IMG/VR virus record: IMGVR_UViG_3300017783_000117
Span: 1 to 31,569 of that record
Reading direction: 5' to 3' (one strand)
DNA: 31,569 bases
Source: a virus
Lineage: Duplodnaviria; Caudoviricetes
Under the pieces are notes generated by a model. It was not told the DNA's origin and made no database searches. It saw only the letters and a list, made by a program, of their open reading frames with translations. Shown here piece after piece: positions 24,026 through 31,569 of the stretch (position 1 is the stretch's first letter; each line of letters opens with the position of its first letter). The translations under genes and the position numbers were made by a program.

Positions 24026-27000
24026 TTATGTTAACGCAAGTCCACGGTAATCTTTTAGTGTAGGTGCGTTATGAATATTAGGAGATAATAAATCTATACG
24101 AATTTGGAATCTCTTAAATCCTTCGAAAGCACCGCTTTGACTTGTATAAGCAAATGCTCCACCCGGAACATTGCCAAACTTGTCTGAGTCTGCTATTTTA
24201 TATTTAAATTCTCTATAATCACCAAGATTTGAAATTGCAGAGAAGGAACCAACTCCTTCAAATAATTCCAACTCAGTCCATGCTAGGCTATCAAAATCAT
24301 CAAAGCAATATGCGTTCTGAGCTTTGATGTATACTTTAATATCTGTTCCTGTTGGACGATATGCAGAAAGAATTAAATTGAAATCTTCAGCATCAAGATC
24401 TTCTGCTAATTCAATCTTTTTACTAATATACTTTGCTGTGGTATCTGCAGTATTGGTAATCTTATATTGATAGGCAATAAGTTTAGATGCTTCAATATCA
24501 ACGAATGGTGTTGATGTAACGTTACCATCGTTTGTCATATTAACATTTAAAGTAAATGCTTTTGATCCGTTTGGATCGTTAGACTTACTATAAAGAATTA
24601 CACCTTTCTCTGTAAAATAGTTATTGTCATTAAATTGCATTGGCTTTAAGTAAGTAGATGATACATCGGCAGGTGGTACAAAAGTACCATCTAATAATGT
24701 TCTTGAAGAAGAATCATTTGATTTCATAATCATCGGTTGAATATAACTTAAATTAATATCGTTAATGGCAGAAACGTTTGCTGTACTTCCACTATCAAGA
24801 CCAACAATATTTGCACCTACGTTAAATTGTTTAGCTGCAGTTGCAGAAGAATTAACTAAATGACATTCATAAGGATTTCTTTGAACATCATATAGATCCA
24901 AATCACCAGCAATGACAGGTAAGTGAGTACCACCACCTGAGCTTACTGTTGGAGTTTCTAATATAATTTCTGTTGAATTTACAACAGTGGCAATCTTATG
25001 TATTTCAATTTTAGTCAAAACAGTTGTCTTAATATAATCACCAGCAGCATAAACACTATCTAAACCTGTACCTACTAATGTTTTAGTACCGTTTGTTGTA
25101 ATTGCCGTATCTGCAGGAGTTGAACCATCTTGATAAATTAATTCACCAGGAGTAAATTTTCCTGTAATATTATTAAGTGATAAGAACTCATGATTAGCAT
25201 TTGTTAATTTAACCGTACCTGTTGTAGAATTAAAGTTATGTCTTCTTACTGTAAATTTAATATCTTCGTCTTGATATGATTTCCAAGCAGAGTTGTTAGT
25301 TGAAGTAAATAGAACACCGTCACCCCAATCCTGAGTAATAGCAGAACCTTTTGTTGCTCCTGGTGTTAAATCAATTCCACCAACTTTAGAAGTATAAATT
25401 AAATAGTTAGGATCTGATGCATCAGGCTGTACTACAATTGAATATTCTTTTTCTACATCCAATCTTACAGGTGCTTCAAAAGTAAATGTAGTTGCTGAAG
25501 AAGCATCTTCAGATACATTAACATCAGCAGGTAATTTATGAACGTTTGCGAATGGTAAAATTCTATTTGTTGGATAACCGTTTACAACTTCTCTAATCTG
25601 TAATGATACACCATTTAATGGAGCAGTGTCGTTACCACCTGAGCCTGTCTGCGTTGGTTTACGACGGAAGTATACATCAATATCTGATAAGTAAATTGAA
25701 TTACTTCCTGCACCCATACCTTTCTTAACAAAGAATGTTTGTGCAAGTGGATCTCTACCTCTAATACGACGAGCAACGTTTCTTGTTGTTATAACAGTGT
25801 TAACATCAAAGTTTGGAGCTCTTGTTGAAGTCGTTAAACTTGTTTTCTCAACACTGAAGTTATATGCTCTATAAGTAACAAATCCTTTTGAAGTTGACGC
25901 AGAATCAATACTTGAGTATTGTGAAACGTCAGCAATTTCCATTACTCTATCACCTACATAGAATGTTTCAGCAGGTAAGTGGAATACAGCTCTTAATACA
26001 CCGTTTGAATCTGTAGAGACCGTAGCTCCTTTATCACCGAACCTTCCTACTTCACCAACTGAGTTAGCTGTATTTGAACCTGGCATAACATGTGCATTTA
26101 CATCAATACCATCAAAGAAGAAGTAATGTCTTTGATTAGGTCTTAATCCTGACATATAAACTTTGATATCTCTCGATGCCATATACGGTTGGAATCTAAA
26201 GTCAGAAACAAATTCACCAACAAACGATTCAGTTGTTGTTGAGCTATCTATTTCAATTTGACTTGATGCTGTTGTAATTGTTGTAGTTTCAACACCTGCA
26301 CCACGTCTTGCTCTTCTTCTATTTTCATCAGCTACAAAATCTCGAGTAACTGTTGTATCAGTCATAGGCAAGAATGGTTGAATGTCATCAATGAATTCTT
26401 GGAAAGGAGTAGTTAAATCTATATCAATAGAAGCAGGGTTAACTGTTGTATCATAAGCAGCATCGTATGGTGGAGATATAGCTCCATCACCTACATACTT
26501 ATAAAAGTTACTTACACAGTTTCTAAAGTTAGAAGCATAAGGCTGATTAATTACTTCAACATTTGAATCTCTACCAATTACACCAACCTTTGCATCAGCA
26601 GTACTTGGGAAGATAGACGATCCTGTTGCTGAATCATATGTTAAATCCAATGCAAATGTTTTTAACGAAGGAGTTAATATCTTTTGATTAAATGGTACAG
26701 CAGCATTAAATTGCGGATGAGAAATTTCTGATAACGATAAGTTATTAAATGGATCCACAATAAATCCATTCTTGAATCTATTTAATCCATTCTCATCTCT
26801 AACAATTAAATTATCAGTTTCTGATTCTAATTGATTTAATGAAATATAATATGCCATGTTATCAATCTTCTTCTCAAGATTGTGCATATCTTTCATTGTA
26901 AAGTTTTTAATTCCAGTTGCTCTTGGCTTGATTGCGTAATCATCTTTACGAAGAACATCGGATTGTTTCTTAGACAATGCAGGATAAGTTGGAATCTCAA

Positions 27001-29437
27001 CGTTTGCGATTGCTAATTGATCTGTTGTTAGTTTAGGTGGTTTTGCGTTCTTTAATTCTTCACCTTTAATTAAAATTATCTCTCCATAAGAATCACATGC
27101 AACTGTATCTATTCTTGAAAGATAATGTTCTATATCTGTTTGTAATGATTGTTGAGCCGCAGGTACAAGCGGTGCACCTTTATCATTAAAAGTAATTGGA
27201 TTAAACCCAACCTGTTGAGTAATCGTTGGAGCATTACCTACGGTTGCCGAATAATTTGCACCAGTATCTTTATCGACGTGTGCTCTGAAATCAAAACTAT
27301 CTCTTAGGTTAAATACTTGTCCTGACTCTGATACATATGAAGGAATATCATATCTATTCAAAGTATTAGGATAACTATTAATTGTAAAGAAGTAAGAACC
27401 TGTAGCAGTATTTACTTCAAAACATTTTAGATTAACTGTCATCAATCCACTTGGTTGTGGTCGACCTTCAATATATTCTACATAAGATAGATCGTAAAAA
27501 GTATCTCTCTGATTAGATTTTAATCTAAAGCTGTTTGTAAAATCTGCGCCTGTTGAATCTACAATACTTACAATCTTAAATACATCAGGGAAACCTAAAC
27601 TATATTTTGCTTGTACACCTGTATAGTTAAACTTCACAAACGTATCACGTTCGTTTTTAGCGTATGGAGAAATGCCACCTGAGGATCCAATTTGTCTCTT
27701 ATTATAAAATACTTCTACTGATCCGCTTAAACCTGAATCACAAACAATATTAAGTTGTGAATTATTTAATGCAGTAGTTGTACTTATAACAGGATAAGTA
27801 GTTCCACCTTGGTTAACTCTAATATCATCGTTAAGACAATTAAAGTCTTCTCCTGGTCCTGCCGTTAATGTAATTGTTCCTGTTGTTGCACTACTTGCAT
27901 TTTGTGCTCTACAAGGAATAAGAGTATTGCTTGTTGAGAATACTCCATTTACACCTGTATCAAATATTAATGCCTTTCTTCCTGTCTCTTTAATAACAGG
28001 AGCACCTAAACTATTTGTTTTAACAGGTACATCACCATTACCATCACTTAATTTAGTAATGTCTCTAACTGGTGTTCCTGCTGCGCCATTGAAAATATTA
28101 TAATGAACATAAACTCTTTTATCTGTAATGTTCTTAATTAAAACAGAACCTGCTGAACTGCTGTTTGCTATTTGAGCATCAACTACTGATAATATACCAA
28201 GATTTAAATAACCTTGTGAGGCAGATGAATTATCAATCTCAAAATAGTTTCCATATTCCATTGAGATATTTTGATTCTCAATTGTTTCGGTTGATGCTAT
28301 TTGATCTATTTGGAATGAACGTTCACCAGAATTTTCTACTCTATAACCTTTAACATATGCTGTACCTGGTCCAACAACAACTTGAACTTCACCAGCACGG
28401 TCATCAGTTGTTAATGGGAATTGCTCTAGGATATAGTTTCCTGACTCTTCGTATGTTCTTCGAGCCATTTCTTCACCAAGAACATTATATTGAGAAACAT
28501 CACGAACAGTAATTGCGTTACCATTTTGATAACGAGCTAATGTAAAGAAGTCAGAATTTGCAGTTGCTTCAGAACTTTCTAATACTGTTAATGTAGGAAC
28601 AAGTTGTAATCTATCTGCACCAGGTGCGTTTTCGTTTTTGGAACCGTTTGCGTTATCGTATAAACTGTTATCTTGTAAAGCATTGATAAGTGATTCAGAT
28701 ACTAAATAACCAACTGATTTTGCATCGGCAACATTGGTATATTTTTCAACAACCAATCTTTGTTCTGCTGTAAATATAAAATGACCTTTTTGAAATATAA
28801 TACCAGGAGCAGCTTCAATACCAAAGGCTCTACCAACATGAGGATTACCTGCTGAAGGAGATTGGAAAACTGTAAGATCGGTATTAATTACAACATTAAC
28901 TGTTAATGCTTCGGTACTTGTTCCTCTGAGATATTTGTATCTCGTTACAACTAAAGCTTCACCAGCTTGGAATTGAGTTTGTCCTGCGTTACCAATATTA
29001 GTATAATTGATAAAGAAAGTATTTAGATTTGGTGGTCTTGTTTGGAAACCTTTTGCTGCTTGAACAATTTCTGCTTTAAGACCAGAAGAAGCACCTGATA
29101 CTTCATAAACATAATCAAGTTCAACTTCTTGACCGCCGAGTGTTTCAACTGCAGGACCACTGATATATGCTTCTGCATTAAATCCTGTTGGACCGTCATT
29201 TAATTTTACATATTGAAGATCGTCAAGTTCTGTAAAGTTACAACCTTTTACGATTGAACCTTCTTTGAAAATATTATCTCCGAATGACTCGACCTGATTT
29301 TGCAGCATAGTCTGGAGTTGTGTAAGTTCTCTTGCCTGTATAGCATAGCCAGGCTTGAACATAACTCGATAGAACTGCTTTTCGGCATCATAGTCATCGA
29401 AGTATGGTGCTTGGTTTAAGTTTTTATTAATAGGCAT
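24026..29437 (-). CDS. VrlC-like / DUF4815 large baseplate-associated structural protein (1803 aa)
   Basis: N-terminus NLNQAPYFDDYD..K.FYRVMFKPGYAIQARELTQLQ. Also APGADRL, ARRTYEESGNY, NRFKNGFIVDPF, DPLAQTFFV and QDEDIKF motifs. Lies directly downstream of the gp8-like gene. Confidence 0.85.
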   Translation of the reverse strand: MPINKNLNQAPYFDDYDAEKQFYRVMFKPGYAIQARELTQLQTMLQNQVESFGDNIFKEGSIVKGCNFTELDDLQYVKLNDGPTGFNAEAYISGPAVETLGGQEVELDYVYEVSGASSGLKAEIVQAAKGFQTRPPNLNTFFINYTNIGNAGQTQFQAGEALVVTRYKYLRGTSTEALTVNVVINTDLTVFQSPSAGNPHVGRAFGIEAAPGIIFQKGHFIFTAEQRLVVEKYTNVADAKSVGYLVSESLINALQDNSLYDNANGSKNENAPGADRLQLVPTLTVLESSEATANSDFFTLARYQNGNAITVRDVSQYNVLGEEMARRTYEESGNYILEQFPLTTDDRAGEVQVVVGPGTAYVKGYRVENSGERSFQIDQIASTETIENQNISMEYGNYFEIDNSSASQGYLNLGILSVVDAQIANSSSAGSVLIKNITDKRVYVHYNIFNGAAGTPVRDITKLSDGNGDVPVKTNSLGAPVIKETGRKALIFDTGVNGVFSTSNTLIPCRAQNASSATTGTITLTAGPGEDFNCLNDDIRVNQGGTTYPVISTTTALNNSQLNIVCDSGLSGSVEVFYNKRQIGSSGGISPYAKNERDTFVKFNYTGVQAKYSLGFPDVFKIVSIVDSTGADFTNSFRLKSNQRDTFYDLSYVEYIEGRPQPSGLMTVNLKCFEVNTATGSYFFTINSYPNTLNRYDIPSYVSESGQVFNLRDSFDFRAHVDKDTGANYSATVGNAPTITQQVGFNPITFNDKGAPLVPAAQQSLQTDIEHYLSRIDTVACDSYGEIILIKGEELKNAKPPKLTTDQLAIANVEIPTYPALSKKQSDVLRKDDYAIKPRATGIKNFTMKDMHNLEKKIDNMAYYISLNQLESETDNLIVRDENGLNRFKNGFIVDPFNNLSLSEISHPQFNAAVPFNQKILTPSLKTFALDLTYDSATGSSIFPSTADAKVGVIGRDSNVEVINQPYASNFRNCVSNFYKYVGDGAISPPYDAAYDTTVNPASIDIDLTTPFQEFIDDIQPFLPMTDTTVTRDFVADENRRRARRGAGVETTTITTASSQIEIDSSTTTESFVGEFVSDFRFQPYMASRDIKVYMSGLRPNQRHYFFFDGIDVNAHVMPGSNTANSVGEVGRFGDKGATVSTDSNGVLRAVFHLPAETFYVGDRVMEIADVSQYSSIDSASTSKGFVTYRAYNFSVEKTSLTTSTRAPNFDVNTVITTRNVARRIRGRDPLAQTFFVKKGMGAGSNSIYLSDIDVYFRRKPTQTGSGGNDTAPLNGVSLQIREVVNGYPTNRILPFANVHKLPADVNVSEDASSATTFTFEAPVRLDVEKEYSIVVQPDASDPNYLIYTSKVGGIDLTPGATKGSAITQDWGDGVLFTSTNNSAWKSYQDEDIKFTVRRHNFNSTTGTVKLTNANHEFLSLNNITGKFTPGELIYQDGSTPADTAITTNGTKTLVGTGLDSVYAAGDYIKTTVLTKIEIHKIATVVNSTEIILETPTVSSGGGTHLPVIAGDLDLYDVQRNPYECHLVNSSATAAKQFNVGANIVGLDSGSTANVSAINDINLSYIQPMIMKSNDSSSRTLLDGTFVPPADVSSTYLKPMQFNDNNYFTEKGVILYSKSNDPNGSKAFTLNVNMTNDGNVTSTPFVDIEASKLIAYQYKITNTADTTAKYISKKIELAEDLDAEDFNLILSAYRPTGTDIKVYIKAQNAYCFDDFDSLAWTELELFEGVGSFSAISNLGDYREFKYKIADSDKFGNVPGGAFAYTSQSGAFEGFKRFQIRIDLLSPNIHNAPTLKDYRGLALT

Positions 29438-29452
29438 CTTTACTTACGTTCC

Positions 29453-31432
29453 TTAAAATTCCAGTACAAATTTAAATTCTTCTCTTGAGAGGTCGTTTCT
29501 TGCTAATGGGAAGAATTCCTCCATGAAGTATACTTCGCCTGTTCTTTGTTTATAATCTGAATACACAACATTATCTGCTATAGGATTATTTATTGTTATT
29601 CTCTGACCAGTATTTGATGTAATTGCTAGATTTGGGTTAAATGATGTATCTCCATTACCAACAAGTGCATTATTCTTATATGGACCTATATATTCAGCCA
29701 AATAAACTGTATTCGAAGCTTCGTCGATCTCATGTACTTGAGCTTGGAATATAACATCGTTGTTTACATCAACTTGTGTGATTGTACTATTTGCATTTAA
29801 TCTTGCATAATCATCAGTGACAATTGCGATTCTATTATCGAATATGTCAGGCTCAGAGGCAGTGTTTGCTTGTCCACTTCTCCATGTATTTACATCTACC
29901 ATACTTTTAAATTGAGGAGTTCTTACAATACCAATACATCCGTATGTATTCTTATCACCGATCTTTGTATTATCTTCTGCTGTAATATAAGCATACATTG
30001 AAAAATGTTTACATCTAAATTCGTCAAGCAAGTTATAACCGTGTCCACCTTTTGGTTCAATAATAGGTTTAATTGTTGCTCTTACGTCTGCTGATTCTGT
30101 TCCGCCTGGATTAAAGTCAATGATAGGATCAACGACTGATGCAATTGCATTATTATATCCTGAACCTTTATTTAACAATATGACTTTATTAATTCCACCG
30201 GAATCAATCTCAGGAACTGCAACTGCTCCTACTCCGTCACCTTGAATAATAACTCTTGGGAATATTTTAATATTTGCGTTTACGACTGAAGTAGAAATTT
30301 CCCAATCAGTTAATGCTTCCCAGGTACCGCCTGAATCATAATTAGTAAATCCACTTCCATCTAAATCAGTAACCAATAAAGGATCAGCTTTTAATGAGAA
30401 TGTATCGGCATCAATTACTGAAACATAAAATGTTGTAGCTGCTACTGTATCAGATGACAATTCATTAAGATTTAATTCAACCATACCTTGAACATTTCTA
30501 AAAGTAATTGGTTGTCCGTTAACTAAGTTGTGGTCAGTTGATGTAATAGCAACTGGTGCAGCTGCTGTTGCATTTTCAATAACACCACGTCTAGGATCTG
30601 CTAATTCTCCACCTACAACAATTCTTGCTAAACCTGAACCTGTTTGTAATTCATATGATTTAATTACAAATAAGTTGGTAACACTTGAACTTGGGTTTGT
30701 AGCATAAAGATATTGACCTACATAATAATTATCGGTTTCATTCCAATCTTGTTCTCTAGGATCTATTTCTAATAAAACATCACCGTGAGTTAAAGGACTA
30801 CCTACTCTACCAAGGTTTCTATTAATAAGTCCATTCTTTTCTTCGTATCCATTATTCACAATTGCATTAGTTACTTGAATCTCTGAAATACCACCGCCGT
30901 AAACCTCAGCTGGTTCAATGGTTGTTTCAGGATCAATTGGTATATAACCTAAAGCATTATAACCTTCGAATTGTAATGTAGTGAGACGATACATATACTT
31001 CCACACATAACCATCGGCAGTTTCATAAACTTGATTTACGTTAGCTGCATCAAATGTTGGTGGAGATTCTGAACCTACGCCTTCGTTATTATTAAGACAT
31101 TTATAAATTCTATAATCATCGGTATCATTATCGTTAGGACCAACGACCGCGTAAAACTTAAGACCGTCTAAATCAATACTATCATCGTATTCAGCGTATA
31201 CGGTTCCTCTTTGCCAAGGATAATACTTTATCATAAAGTTAATATCATCGTTCTTTATCTTTTTGGCAAATAGAGTCTTTTCTAAAAACTCATTTTGAGA
31301 AGTAGCAGAATCAACTGGCTCAATACCGCCAATGCTGGAAACAAACATATAATAGTCATCGTTAGCCTTTGCATCAGCTATGAATAACTTATTAATGTCT
31401 TGATTAAAATTGTTTGTTAAAATTTCAGGCAT
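29453..31432 (-). CDS. Baseplate wedge subunit, T4 gp8-like (659 aa)
   Basis: Motifs WQRGTVYAEYDD, YRIYKCLNNN, TADGYVWKYMY, IIEPKGGHG and a C-terminal EEFKFVLEF, all characteristic of gp8-family proteins. Confidence 0.85.
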   Translation of the reverse strand: MPEILTNNFNQDINKLFIADAKANDDYYMFVSSIGGIEPVDSATSQNEFLEKTLFAKKIKNDDINFMIKYYPWQRGTVYAEYDDSIDLDGLKFYAVVGPNDNDTDDYRIYKCLNNNEGVGSESPPTFDAANVNQVYETADGYVWKYMYRLTTLQFEGYNALGYIPIDPETTIEPAEVYGGGISEIQVTNAIVNNGYEEKNGLINRNLGRVGSPLTHGDVLLEIDPREQDWNETDNYYVGQYLYATNPSSSVTNLFVIKSYELQTGSGLARIVVGGELADPRRGVIENATAAAPVAITSTDHNLVNGQPITFRNVQGMVELNLNELSSDTVAATTFYVSVIDADTFSLKADPLLVTDLDGSGFTNYDSGGTWEALTDWEISTSVVNANIKIFPRVIIQGDGVGAVAVPEIDSGGINKVILLNKGSGYNNAIASVVDPIIDFNPGGTESADVRATIKPIIEPKGGHGYNLLDEFRCKHFSMYAYITAEDNTKIGDKNTYGCIGIVRTPQFKSMVDVNTWRSGQANTASEPDIFDNRIAIVTDDYARLNANSTITQVDVNNDVIFQAQVHEIDEASNTVYLAEYIGPYKNNALVGNGDTSFNPNLAITSNTGQRITINNPIADNVVYSDYKQRTGEVYFMEEFFPLARNDLSREEFKFVLEF

Positions 31433-31459
31433 TGTTATTTGAATCTCTATATTTTAGTT

Positions 31460-31467
31460 TATTTATA
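31460..31467 (-). promoter_or_regulatory. T4-type late promoter TATAAATA
   Basis: Exact consensus, intergenic, about 28 nt upstream of the gp8-like ATG. Confidence 0.8.
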
Positions 31468-31476
31468 TCCATTGGG

Positions 31477-31569
31477 CTAACCTCTCTTTCTTAATCTTGG
31501 TCGTGGATATACGCTACCACTTGTAGGTCTTGCTTTTGCATTTACTTTTGGAAAACTCGCACCAGATTC
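31477..31569 (-). CDS. 3' end of an upstream ORF (partial, function unknown)
   Basis: Open frame from the window edge, ESGASFPKVNAKARPTSGSVYPRPRLRKRG*. The TAG at 31479-31477 lies just before the late promoter. Confidence 0.55.
   Translation of the reverse strand, partial: ESGASFPKVNAKARPTSGSVYPRPRLRKRG

Larger units (their letters stand above)
1..31569 (-). mobile_element. T4-like myophage virion-structure (baseplate/tail fibre) gene module
   Basis: Co-oriented structural genes in the order gp8-like > VrlC-like > small coiled-coil > fibres, as recalled from marine T4-like phages. TATAAATA late promoters and two S74 chaperone-ended fibres are present. No cellular housekeeping genes. Confidence 0.92.

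Noticed and set aside
24026-29437. Virulence function implied by the VrlC name
   Set aside because: The name derives from a Dichelobacter locus. Here the context (after gp8-like, late-transcribed) indicates a virion structural role.
1-31569. Diversity-generating retroelement or invertible tail-fibre switch
   Set aside because: No reverse transcriptase or recombinase ORF. By eye I found no template/variable repeat pair differing at adenines and no inverted fibre cassettes. The two S74 domains are too diverged to be such a pair.
1-31569. Firm assignment as a cyanophage
   Set aside because: The gene order is shared by marine T4-like phages of several host groups, and no photosynthesis or other host-diagnostic gene is in the window.

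Overview
The window is a gene-dense, AT-rich stretch of a large tailed-phage genome, most like T4-type marine myoviruses. Every credible gene is on the minus strand. In transcription order (right to left): the 3' end of an upstream ORF, a gp8-like baseplate wedge protein, a VrlC/DUF4815-like structural protein, a small coiled-coil protein, a fibre with a Peptidase_S74 chaperone, a 3645-aa modular giant protein, a 141-aa beta protein, a collagen-like fibre with an S74 chaperone, a 112-aa protein, a 1347-aa repeat fibre, and a fibre gene running off the left edge that the ORF track missed. T4-type late promoter boxes (TATAAATA and variants) precede five genes, and one intrinsic terminator is visible. 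The most notable signal is in the 3645-aa protein. It has 11 intact copies and 1 degenerate copy of a ~140-160 aa helical unit with a C-x-R-D motif. This unit aligns without gaps, by eye, to the bilin-attachment helix of phycobiliproteins (phycocyanin alpha KCARDIGYYLR...GG). It is interleaved with 8 His/Cys beta modules, two nested inside others. This suggests a virion-associated, possibly bilin-binding array, which is an untested inference. All family assignments come from recalled motifs, not database searches.
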